Positions 1 to 8,814 of a stretch of 51,011 nucleotides of DNA are shown here, piece after piece. How positions within the stretch are numbered: the stretch's first letter is position 1; the number at the start of each line of letters is the position of its first letter. The translations under genes were made by a program, and so were the position numbers. The DNA comes from Candidatus Segetimicrobium genomatis. GTDB taxonomy: Bacteria > Sysuimicrobiota > Sysuimicrobiia > Sysuimicrobiales > Kaftiobacteriaceae. The stretch covers positions 1 to 51,011 of the forward strand of contig VBAI01000006.1 in NCBI GenBank assembly GCA_005882295.1, given 5' to 3'. The notes under the pieces were generated by a model, which saw nothing but the letters and a program-made list of their open reading frames with translations, was not told the DNA's origin and ran no database searches.

Positions 1-782
1 CATACCGTCACGTTGAATGGTCTGACAGCCGGCACCCTTTATCACTACCGCGTGAAGTCCAAAGACGCCGCCGGCAATCTCGCGGTCTCGCCCGACGCGG
101 TGTTTACCACCGCGCCACCTCCAGACACCACCCCGCCGGCGGTCTCCATCACCACCCCGGCGGCGAATAGCTCGGTCTCCGGCACCATCACGGTCTCCGC
201 AACCGCCGCAGACAACGTCGGCGTCGCCAGCGTCCAGTTCAAGCTGGATGATGTCAACCTCGGCCCCGAGGATACGGTGGCCCCATACAGTCTTTCCTGG
301 AACACGGCTACCGTCGGGAACGGCTTGTACGCCCTCACTGCCGTGGCGCGCGACGCCGCCGGGAACACGGCCTCAGCCGCGGTCACTGTCACCGTGAGCA
401 ACGACCTCACCCCGCCCGTGCTCTCCGGCGCGACCGCCTCCGCCCTCAGCGTGGATACGGCCGCGATCTCCTGGACCACGGACGAACTCGCCGACTCGCA
501 GGTCGAGTACGGCCTCAGCACCGGCTACGGCAGCGCGTCAGTGCTGGACGCCAGCAGGGTGACGGCGCATACCGTCACGCTGAATGGTCTGACAGCCGGC
601 ACCCTTTATCACTACCGCGTAAAGTCCAAAGACGCCGCCGGCAATCTCGCGGTCTCGCCCGACGCGGTGTTTACTACCGCGCCGCCTCCAGACACCACCC
701 CGCCGGCGGTCTCCATCACCGCCCCGGCGGCGAATAGCTCGGTCTCCGGCACCATCACGGTCTCCGCAACCGCCACGGACAA
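1..782 (+). repeat. Intragenic tandem duplication, 567-bp period
   Basis: Bases 1-213 and 568-780 differ at about 5 positions by hand alignment (about 97-98% identity). Identity falls to about 75% further into each unit. Confidence 0.85.
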
Positions 783-1401
783 CGTGAGCGTGGTCGGCGT
801 TCAGTTCAAGCTGGATAACGCCAACCTGGGCGCGGAGACTACCATCCCCCTCTACACCTTCACCTGGAACACCACCACCGTCGCCAACGGGACTCACACC
901 TTGACGGCAGTGGCCAGAGACGCGGCGGGTAACGTCGCCATTTCCGCGCCTGTGAGCGTGATGGCGGCCAATGGAGATGTTCTACCGCCGTCCATGCCTA
1001 CGGGGTTGACCGCAACCGCCGTCAGTTCCTCGCAGATCTTCCTGGTCTGGTCGCCGTCCACCGACAATGTGGGTGTGGTCGGCTACAAGATCTTTAGAGA
1101 CGGCATGCAGGTCGCCACAAGCAGCACCTCTGCCTACCAGGACACCGGGCTGTCGCCGGTTACCACCTACAAATACACGGTCGCCGCCTTCGATGCGGTA
1201 GGGAATACCTCTGCGCCGTCGGCACCCGCGTCGGCGACCACGCTCTTCAAGAGCGCACAGGGTGTGGTGCCCGCCTCCGCAGGAGTCACCCCCTCCGTGA
1301 CCATCGCAGGCGCCGGCCCGTCAACCGCCTCCCGGAGGTCGGTGTCGGCGGCATCTCCCTTCCTGCCAGCCGGTACGCGGCGTTGCGTTACCGCAGCATG
1401 A
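1..1401 (+). CDS. Secreted/cell-surface protein fragment (5' end off-window) made of alternating fibronectin-III-like and bacterial Ig-like modules
   Basis: Frame 1 is open from base 1: HTVTLNGLTAGTLYHYRVKSKDAAGN repeats the internal module at 568. There are two FN3-like + Ig-like units (SVSGTITVSATA.DNV.V..VQFKLD...AVARDAAGN) with a 189-codon period. A third FN3-like module follows (LTATAVSSSQIFLVWSPSTDNVGVVGYKIFRDG). The stop at 1399-1401 overlaps the convergent gene by 14 nt. Confidence 0.7.
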   Translation, partial: HTVTLNGLTAGTLYHYRVKSKDAAGNLAVSPDAVFTTAPPPDTTPPAVSITTPAANSSVSGTITVSATAADNVGVASVQFKLDDVNLGPEDTVAPYSLSWNTATVGNGLYALTAVARDAAGNTASAAVTVTVSNDLTPPVLSGATASALSVDTAAISWTTDELADSQVEYGLSTGYGSASVLDASRVTAHTVTLNGLTAGTLYHYRVKSKDAAGNLAVSPDAVFTTAPPPDTTPPAVSITAPAANSSVSGTITVSATATDNVSVVGVQFKLDNANLGAETTIPLYTFTWNTTTVANGTHTLTAVARDAAGNVAISAPVSVMAANGDVLPPSMPTGLTATAVSSSQIFLVWSPSTDNVGVVGYKIFRDGMQVATSSTSAYQDTGLSPVTTYKYTVAAFDAVGNTSAPSAPASATTLFKSAQGVVPASAGVTPSVTIAGAGPSTASRRSVSAASPFLPAGTRRCVTAA

Positions 1402-2968
1402 GACTCGCCCACGCCACTGGGCCCAGGGCGGCGCGCAACGCCCCGACATCGACGCCCGGATCGCTCCCTGCGTCGGATGCCTGACTGTACCGACTGGACG
1501 CAGCTAGCCGGTAGTCTCCCTGCAGAAGATTCACAAAGCCGATCGCATCGACGGACGGCGGGAAGAAGTTTTGGGGAGGATAGCGGCCATCGCGGCCAAC
1601 GAGCACGTTTCCCTCGAATACGGCGCCCGGGAAATACGTGGCCAGCGTGCGCCCGGGGTCTCCGAGGGTGCCGTCCCCGCTCACCCCGTTTTGGTTGAGG
1701 CGCGCGATGTTATTGGTGAAGACGAACCCGCTCTGGGTCTTCCGCTCGGGGACAATCACGGACGCGACGATGGGGCTGCCGCTCTGCAGGGCCGTGTTAT
1801 GGTCGATGACGACATCGGCCGCGCCGTCCATCATCCACACCAGCGTCCCGCTAAAATAATTGCCGTCCCCCTGCGGGCCGCCGATGTCTGTGAACAGGTT
1901 GTTGCGAATCACGATGCGGCGGGTCTGCTGGCTCGGGCGGAGATAATCCCAACCCAGGAGCTGGATGCCGGCGACAGAGTGACGAACGACGTTGTCGGTA
2001 AACGTGATGTCAGCGACTTCCGACCACGGCGCCCGACCCTGCTGGTTCCGCGGTGTGAACACAACTGCAAATCCGTGCTGATCGGCCTGGATCCAGTTGT
2101 GCTCGAAGATGTTGCCCCTGACGACGACGCGGCGAGCGTTCTTGAGCTCGAAGAGGTTCTTGACGGTCCAGGGAATCCCGGCGTACGCGGGATCTCCCAC
2201 GCGCCACGACAGCGGTTTGTCGAAATGGTTGCCGCGGATCTCGATGTCGGCGGGTACGAGGTGGTCAATCGCCGGATCGGCCCCGCCAAACATGACGTTC
2301 TCCCCCGCCGCCTCGAGGTAGTTGTTGACGATCTGAAACGGGCCGGGCCCGTTCCAGCCCGTGATCGCCTGCGAATCCGCGCCGCGGTCGTGGAAGTCTG
2401 ACAGATAGGAGCCGACGACGGCCAGGCGGGCCCCGTTCAGGACGATGCCCCGGCGGACGCTGCCCGCTGGCGTCCCGTGGATGTAGCAGCGGTCAATGAG
2501 GATGTCGGTGGGAATCCGGTCCAGCGAATTCTGCCGCGGGGCCTCCAGACGGACGAGGTTGGAATTCACCGGGCTGGTGGTAGTCACTTCGATCCCGATG
2601 ATGCGGTAGCGAGCCGCCTTCGACGCCGTGGTGAGCGCGGGTGCCGCGTTCGGACTTACGATTTTCGGCATCAGCGTCGCGTCGCTCGGCGATACACGGG
2701 AGCCGGATGGAGGCAGGCGCTCGTGCGCGGAGGACCGGATCGTGATCCATTCGGATCCGGGCTTGCTTGGCAGGACGAAATTCCCGATGAACGTGGCGCC
2801 GGCGGGGAGCTCGAGGACATCGCCAGGATGCGCCGCGGCGAGGGCCGCCTGGAGATCGAAGGGGGACCCAGACAAGCCTGATGACGACCGGAGCAGTCGC
2901 AGGCCAGACGCGCCCAGCAGGAGCACGATGCCGGCCGCCATGAGGACCAGCCGGGCGTGCGTCCTCAT
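1388..2968 (-). CDS. Secreted right-handed parallel beta-helix protein (candidate polysaccharide lyase/epimerase/hydrolase), paralogue 1
   Basis: Signal-peptide-like N-terminus MRTHARLVLMAAGIVLLLGASG (ATG at 2968; the ORF is open to 3001). About 70% identical over the core to the 8780-10345 product (RCYIHG...RRGIVLNGARLAV.GSYLSDFHDR.ADSQAI.GWNGPGPF...YLEAAGENVMFGGADP). The periodic N/G-rich turns are typical of pectate-lyase-fold proteins. Confidence 0.65.
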   Translation of the reverse strand: MRTHARLVLMAAGIVLLLGASGLRLLRSSSGLSGSPFDLQAALAAAHPGDVLELPAGATFIGNFVLPSKPGSEWITIRSSAHERLPPSGSRVSPSDATLMPKIVSPNAAPALTTASKAARYRIIGIEVTTTSPVNSNLVRLEAPRQNSLDRIPTDILIDRCYIHGTPAGSVRRGIVLNGARLAVVGSYLSDFHDRGADSQAITGWNGPGPFQIVNNYLEAAGENVMFGGADPAIDHLVPADIEIRGNHFDKPLSWRVGDPAYAGIPWTVKNLFELKNARRVVVRGNIFEHNWIQADQHGFAVVFTPRNQQGRAPWSEVADITFTDNVVRHSVAGIQLLGWDYLRPSQQTRRIVIRNNLFTDIGGPQGDGNYFSGTLVWMMDGAADVVIDHNTALQSGSPIVASVIVPERKTQSGFVFTNNIARLNQNGVSGDGTLGDPGRTLATYFPGAVFEGNVLVGRDGRYPPQNFFPPSVDAIGFVNLLQGDYRLAASSRYSQASDAGSDPGVDVGALRAALGPVAWASLMLR

Positions 2969-3013
2969 GGGCGGCCGAGCCCGTCGTGATCGCGCCGGCA
3001 TCGACCACCCGGC

Positions 3014-3950
3014 TCAGGGCCCCAGAAGGCGGAAGGCGGCAACGTTGAAGTACTCCTGGTCTGCGGTGATGCGGAGGACGTGTGTGCCGGCGGTAAGGGA
3101 GATGCTACCGAGACCGACCCACCAGAAGACGTCCCATGACCCGGTGTCGGGCACCACCACCGAGCCCGTGACCGGCTGGGTGTCGACGTCCACATGGACC
3201 CGGCTGGCTACGTCCCACCGCCGGCTCACCAGCAACTCGAGCCGATACATCCCCGTCTGCGGGACCTGGATGGTGTATTGCAGCCACTCCCCGGTCTGGA
3301 AGTTGTTGACCACATACGCGCCGTTCGAGTAGCGGCTGATATCAACATCCACGTCGGGGCGGTATTGCCCGCCCTGGTTGCCCGGCGTGAGGTCGTGGTA
3401 GGCGACGCCCTCCCCGCCGTGATCGAAGTCTTCCGCCTCGATCTGCCCCGGCACCGCCGCCGGGGTGCCCGCGAAGGGTGATTCGGCCGGCAGTATTCGC
3501 AGGGCCGCGAAGTTGAAGTACTCCTGGTCGGCGACAATCCGCAGGACATGGGGGCCTGCCGTCAGGGTGATCCCGCCGACACCGACCCACCAGAACGTAT
3601 CCCACGACCCGGTGTCGGGCACCACCACCGAGCCTGTGACCGGCTGATTGTCGATCTCCGCGTGCCAGCGGCTGGTGAGGTCCCACCGGCGGCTCACCAG
3701 CAGGTCGAGCCGGTAGGTCCCCGTCTGCGCGACCTGGATGGTGTACTGCAGCCATTCTCCGGTCTGGAAGTTGTTGACCACATAGGCGCCGTTGGGGTAG
3801 CGGATGATATCGACGTCTTCAGCGGGACGGTACTGGCCGCCCTGATTCCCCGGCGTCAGGTCGTGGTAGGCAACGCCTTCGCCACCCTGGTCGAAGTCTT
3901 CCGCTTCGATCTGTCCCGGCACTGTGGCGGGGCTGCTGAACTTCGCGATG
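3014..3950 (-). repeat. Tandem 468-bp duplication encoding the two CBM6-like modules
   Basis: gttgaagtactcctggtc recurs at about 3044 and about 3512. The two units align along their length at roughly 85% identity by eye. Confidence 0.8.
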
Positions 3951-6148
3951 AAGGCATCCCCGGGACCGTCACTCCCTGTTTGCAAGGCCCCCGCAGTCGT
4001 CGGGAAGTTGGTTGAGGCTGTGCGGCCGGCGACAAGAATGTGCCCTGCAGCGTTGACGGCGATGCCATAGCCCAGGTCGTTGTTGCCGCCGCCGAGGAAG
4101 GTGGAGTAAAGCAGCCCTGTCCCGCCCGGATTTACCTTCGTCACAAAAGCATCGGCGTAGCCGCTCTGCACGGTCTGAAAAGCTCCAGTGGTGGTCGGAA
4201 AGTTCGACGAGGCGGTATAGCCGGTCACATAGGCGTTCCCGTCGGCATCGATCGCGACCTCGTAGCCAACGTCAACCACTCCCCCGCCGAGGTAGGTGGA
4301 GTAGACCAGTCCCGAACCCATCGGGTTCAACTTCGTCACGAAGGCATCGTAGGCGGCATCCGGATTGGCGGAGTTGTGAAAGGCCGCCTGAAAGGCGCCC
4401 GGGGTCGTGGGGAAGTCTGGTGAGCTCGTGTAACCCGTGACATAGGCGTTCCCCGCGCCGTCGACGGCGATGCCATAGCCCTCCTCGGCCGCCCCGCCAC
4501 CGAGGTAGGTGGAGTAGACGAGTCCCGACCCGCCCGGATTTACCTTCGCGGCAAAGACATCGAGGGACCCGCTGCTGGCCGTCTGAAATGCCGTCGTGGT
4601 CGTGGGAAAGTTCGTTGAGTTCGTGTAGCCTGTGACATACGCGTTCCCCGCGGCGTCGGTGACGATGTCGTAGCCGACGTCAGCGGCTGTACCGCCGAGG
4701 TAGGTAGAGTAGGCCAGGCCTGACCCGCTCGGATTCACCTTCGTCACAAACACGTCGGTGGTGCCGGCGAAGTTCGTCTGGATCGCTCCGGGCGTCGTCG
4801 GGAAGTTCGCGGAGTCCGTGAAGCCGGTCACATACGCGTTCCCGGCTGCGTCGACCGCGATGCCGGGAGCCCGTTCGTAGCCGCTGCCGCCAAGGTACGT
4901 CGAGTAGGCCAGCGCTGACCCGTTCGCATTCACCTTCGTCACAAACGCGTCGATGTTGCCGCTGAACGACGTCCGAAAAGCCCCCGCGGTCGTCGGGAAA
5001 TTCGTTGAGCTCGTGTAGCCCGTGACATAGGCGTTCCCGGCGCCGTCGACGGCGATGCCATAGCCCTCATCAGCCGCGGCGCCGCCGAGGTAGGTGGAGT
5101 AGATCAGTCCCGAACCCGTCGGGTCTACCTTGGCCACAATCGCGTCGGCTGAGCCCCCGGAGGCCGTCTGGACGGCCCCTGTCGTCGTCGGGAAATCCGT
5201 CAAGGTAGTGGAGCCGGCAACGTAGGCGTTCCCTGTGGCGTCGATGGCCACATCGTAGCAGACCTCAAATCCGCTGCCCCCAAGGTAGGTGGAATACAGG
5301 AGAACCGGGTCGATGATCAGCGGCCGGCTTCGGTCATACGCGGCTACCTGGAAGCCGACCCGCCGGGGCCCCAGCACCACGTAGTCCCCCGCAATCGCCC
5401 GGCGCACCCCATTCACATCCTGGTAGATCGCGGGTTTGCGCTGGCGCAGGTCGCCCACTGCGGTATGCAGCACCAGGTCGCCATGCGCATCGACCACAAT
5501 GCCATCCGCCCCCTGGAACTCCACCCGTATCGCCCCGGGCTCTGCCCCCGGCCCGACGACGAAGTCGTACTCCAGGCGGCCCTGGGTGCCGTGGTGGATG
5601 AGGTCGATCCCAGGGTAGACGCCCTGGTAGACCACCTCCGCATAGGTGGGGATGTCCGCGTGCCACTGCGCGGGGTCGTTGCCGAGGAAGTAGTTCACGA
5701 TGCCCGGCAGCTTCTCGACGCCCGCCACGCGTGGCTGCGCGGTTGCTCCGGCCAGGTGCATGCGCACTTCAGCCGTGCTGACCAACGCCTGTCCCGCCGC
5801 GGGCATTGCGTCAGGCGCGCGCAACACCAGCACCGCCTCGCTGGGCGTCAGAAACAGTGTGTAGCCGCTCCCCCGCGTCAGGAACTTCACCTGCGCATCG
5901 ACCTGGCCGCGGTTGACTTCAAAGCCCGGGAGCAGCCGGCCGAACGACTTCACGACGCGTGCCGTGGCGGTCGGGTCCGCAGCGACCGCCAGCTTCGGCG
6001 CACCCGCATGCGGCCCCGCAGCCGACGGCCCCGGAGCGGGTACGCTCATCAGGACCGCCGCCGTGATGCCGGCCATGACGCGCGGAATAGCGGGGCGCCG
6101 CGACCTGCGCGTTCCTGTGAGCATCCCCATCACCTCCATGTTGACCAT
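3014..6148 (-). CDS. Secreted protein: N-terminal FE.NRGQ-type domain, seven-bladed SBBP beta-propeller, two C-terminal CBM6/35-like carbohydrate-binding modules
   Basis: ATG at 6148 is preceded by GAGGA 5 nt upstream. N-terminus MVNMEVMGMLTGTRRSRRPAIPRVMAGITAAVLMSVPAPGPSAA. Seven repeats of YSTYLGG....G.AVD..GNAYVTG.T.S.NFPTT.GAFQT. Two copies of GQIEAEDFD.GGEGVAYHDLTPGNQGGQYRP...NNFQTGEWLQYTIQV.QTG.YRL.LLVS. The 78 codons upstream to 6382 are rejected as a GC-driven extension. Confidence 0.8.
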   Translation of the reverse strand: MVNMEVMGMLTGTRRSRRPAIPRVMAGITAAVLMSVPAPGPSAAGPHAGAPKLAVAADPTATARVVKSFGRLLPGFEVNRGQVDAQVKFLTRGSGYTLFLTPSEAVLVLRAPDAMPAAGQALVSTAEVRMHLAGATAQPRVAGVEKLPGIVNYFLGNDPAQWHADIPTYAEVVYQGVYPGIDLIHHGTQGRLEYDFVVGPGAEPGAIRVEFQGADGIVVDAHGDLVLHTAVGDLRQRKPAIYQDVNGVRRAIAGDYVVLGPRRVGFQVAAYDRSRPLIIDPVLLYSTYLGGSGFEVCYDVAIDATGNAYVAGSTTLTDFPTTTGAVQTASGGSADAIVAKVDPTGSGLIYSTYLGGAAADEGYGIAVDGAGNAYVTGYTSSTNFPTTAGAFRTSFSGNIDAFVTKVNANGSALAYSTYLGGSGYERAPGIAVDAAGNAYVTGFTDSANFPTTPGAIQTNFAGTTDVFVTKVNPSGSGLAYSTYLGGTAADVGYDIVTDAAGNAYVTGYTNSTNFPTTTTAFQTASSGSLDVFAAKVNPGGSGLVYSTYLGGGAAEEGYGIAVDGAGNAYVTGYTSSPDFPTTPGAFQAAFHNSANPDAAYDAFVTKLNPMGSGLVYSTYLGGGVVDVGYEVAIDADGNAYVTGYTASSNFPTTTGAFQTVQSGYADAFVTKVNPGGTGLLYSTFLGGGNNDLGYGIAVNAAGHILVAGRTASTNFPTTAGALQTGSDGPGDAFIAKFSSPATVPGQIEAEDFDQGGEGVAYHDLTPGNQGGQYRPAEDVDIIRYPNGAYVVNNFQTGEWLQYTIQVAQTGTYRLDLLVSRRWDLTSRWHAEIDNQPVTGSVVVPDTGSWDTFWWVGVGGITLTAGPHVLRIVADQEYFNFAALRILPAESPFAGTPAAVPGQIEAEDFDHGGEGVAYHDLTPGNQGGQYRPDVDVDISRYSNGAYVVNNFQTGEWLQYTIQVPQTGMYRLELLVSRRWDVASRVHVDVDTQPVTGSVVVPDTGSWDVFWWVGLGSISLTAGTHVLRITADQEYFNVAAFRLLGP
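3968..5299 (-). repeat. Seven tandem SBBP-type beta-propeller repeats of about 58-60 codons (coding repeat)
   Basis: Seven occurrences of L.YST(Y/F)LGG followed by GNAYV(T/A)G and NFPTT in the translated product. Confidence 0.8.
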
Positions 6149-6230
6149 ACGGATCCTCGCCCGGGGGCGGCAGGTGGACGCGCCTCCGCCTGGCGGCTCG
6201 ACCAGACATTGCCGTCCGTGGAAACTCAGA

Positions 6231-7574
6231 TTAGTCGCCAGAGGGGGGTACGTGCATCGCGGACACCTCGAGCGAGGGCCGCAGCCTCGCGGAGTGGGAC
6301 CCGGCAGCGCCGCGGGTGAGATCGACGACGATGTGCTCGGGACGCGAGGCAGCGAGCGCGCGCCGCGCCTCCTCGCTTGCACTGCCGATCACGAGGACCT
6401 CCGCGTGGTCCAACATCGCTTCGACACTCTCGCACATCAGCGAGGCGATGTGCGGAATCTCCTCCTCGATATAGCGGCGGTTCGCGCCAACCAGCCTGGC
6501 CACCGCGACGTTGGGATCGATGACCCGCACGTCAAGACCCTTGCCGATCAACGCCTCCACCAGCGCCACCATCGGGCTCTCGCGGAGGTCGTCGGTGCCC
6601 GGCTTGAACGCCAGACCCACGACGCCGACACGCCGCTTGCGTGTGCCCAGCACGGCCTCGATGGCCCGGCGAACCTGGAGTTCGTTGGAGGGCAGGATTG
6701 CCGAGAGCACGGGGGACGGGAGGTCAGCGGCCCGCCCGGCGGAGACGAGCGCCCGCAGATCCTTGGGGAGACACGACCCTCCGAAGGCGAAGCCGGGGCG
6801 CAGGTACGCCTCGGAGATGTTGAGTTTATGGTCCATCAAGAACACCCGCATGACGTCGTGCGGGTTCACCTCCCACGCAGCGCACAGGTCACCGATCTCA
6901 TTCGCAAAACACACCTTCAGCGCGTGGAACGCGTTGGAGACATATTTGATCATCTCCGCCGTGCGCACGGCGGTCTCGATGAACGGCGCGGCGACTCCGT
7001 CATAGAGTGACCGCACCACTGCGGCGGTCGCCGGATCGGCGCACCCCACGAGCACGAATGGCGGGTCCGCAAAGTCGTGCAGCGACGAGCCCTCGCGCAT
7101 GAACTCCGGGTTCACTGCGACCCGCACCGGGCCATCCAGCAGACGCCCTGCCCCCGCCGACAAGGCTGGGATCAGCACGCCCTCGGTCGTGCCTGGCAGG
7201 GCCGTGCTGCGCAGCACCACCGTGTAGGCGCGATCCCGGCGGCGGAGGGCGGACCCGATCTCCCGCCCCACCTGCTCCACGGCGCTCACATCCGGCCGCC
7301 CGTTCGCGCGGCCGGGCGTGCCGACGCAGATCATCGCCAGGTCCGTCTCACCGACGGCGTCGTCGCTGGAGGTCGTGGCCCGCAGATACCCCTGCTGAGT
7401 CATCTCGGCCAGTACGGCTTCCAATCCGGGCTCAACGACCGGCGGCGTGCCGGCGTTGACCATGGCCACCTTCTCCGCATTGACATCCACGCCGATCACG
7501 CGGTGTCCGGCCCTCGCCAGCCCCGTCGCGGTCACACACCCCACATACCCCAGCCCAAAGATGCTAACGCGCAT
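6231..7574 (-). CDS. algD: GDP-mannose 6-dehydrogenase (AlgD-like)
   Basis: [55 protein letters not shown] tracks P. aeruginosa AlgD ([31 protein letters not shown]...SPIVEPGLEALL) as I recall it. Also present: [53 protein letters not shown]. Confidence 0.8.
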   Translation of the reverse strand: [447 protein letters not shown]

Positions 7575-8814
7575 GACGAGTCACCAGCTCTTCGCACCGG
7601 GCTTCAAACTCCCGCGCTACCTGAGACCACGAGTACCGCTCCGTCACCAGACGCCGTCCCGCGTCGCCGAGCGCCTTCCTGCGCCCGGGATCGCGGAGGA
7701 GCGACACTGTGGCGGACGCGAAGGCGGCGGGATCATCCGCGGCCACGAAGTGCCGCCCGGCAGTGAGGGGGAGACCTTCTGCGCCGATCTTTGTCGAGAC
7801 GACCGCCTTCCCCATGGCCAGCGCCTCGAACAATTTGAGGCGCGTGCCTCCGCCGATTCGCAGCGGGACCACATAGACGGCCGCCTCGGCGATATGGGGA
7901 CGGATGTCATCGACCGTCCCCGTGACGCGCACGCCGGAGGCGGCGGCCGCGCTCCGCAATCGCGGTGTCGGGTTCCGTCCCGCCACGGTGAAGGACACTG
8001 CCGGGATCTCGCGACGAATCGCGGGCAGAATCTCATCCAGGAAGTATAGGATCGCATCTTCATTCGGGTACCAGTCCATCGACCCGGTGAAGACGAGATG
8101 CGCAGGGGACTCCACAACACCGTTTGGGGCGAAGTGCGCCGGGTCGACGCCGGTGGGAATCGCGAACACGCGCGCCCCTGGGGCCAGCGCGGCCAGCATG
8201 TCCCGATCGCGCGGGGAGACCGCGAGGGTCAGGCTGGCCTGAGCGCAGGCGTGGGCTTCCCACCGCCGCATCTTCCGCCACTCGAGCGCGAGCGCGGTGC
8301 GCCACCAGAGCCGGGGGTCGACCCGTCCCATCCGCTTCCAGATCACATGCTCGACGTTGTGGGCAAAGAACACGATCGGTGTGGGGCCCGCGGTGGGGAT
8401 ATTCGGCGTGGCATTGAGGAAGTCGGCTACGCAGAGATCCACCCCACCGCTCGCCAACATTGCCTCGACCTTGCGACGCAGCGCGGGGACCCGCCATCGC
8501 CAGAAATGCACCGGACGCACTGACAGCCAGGATCGGAGCAGCGCAGCCACGAACCGCGCCTCCCCCGGCTTGGGGGCGGCGTGGGGGACGGACATCACCT
8601 GTTCGCACCGGGACAGGGCGGCGGCAAGCGCATCCGGGTCGTCTCCCACCCCCCGGGTCGTCACCACGGTCACCTGGTGCCGGCGCGACAACTCAGCGAG
8701 GATGTGAAAACTCCGCAGCCGGCCGCCCGCATTGGGCGGCCACAGCCCGCTCACGTTCACCCACAGGATGCGCACGGGGCTACGGCCCCCACCACTGGAG
8801 CAGCGCTCCGACAA
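7564..8814 (-). CDS. Glycosyltransferase family 4
   Basis: C-terminal GT-B signature VVPLRIGGGTRLKLFEALAMGKAVVSTKIGAEGL. N-terminus RILWVNVSGLWPPNAGG. An alternative GTG start at 8775 would remove the 35-nt overlap with the upstream gene. The stop overlaps the algD start by 11 nt. Confidence 0.75.
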   Translation of the reverse strand: MSERCSSGGGRSPVRILWVNVSGLWPPNAGGRLRSFHILAELSRRHQVTVVTTRGVGDDPDALAAALSRCEQVMSVPHAAPKPGEARFVAALLRSWLSVRPVHFWRWRVPALRRKVEAMLASGGVDLCVADFLNATPNIPTAGPTPIVFFAHNVEHVIWKRMGRVDPRLWWRTALALEWRKMRRWEAHACAQASLTLAVSPRDRDMLAALAPGARVFAIPTGVDPAHFAPNGVVESPAHLVFTGSMDWYPNEDAILYFLDEILPAIRREIPAVSFTVAGRNPTPRLRSAAAASGVRVTGTVDDIRPHIAEAAVYVVPLRIGGGTRLKLFEALAMGKAVVSTKIGAEGLPLTAGRHFVAADDPAAFASATVSLLRDPGRRKALGDAGRRLVTERYSWSQVAREFEARCEELVTRHAR

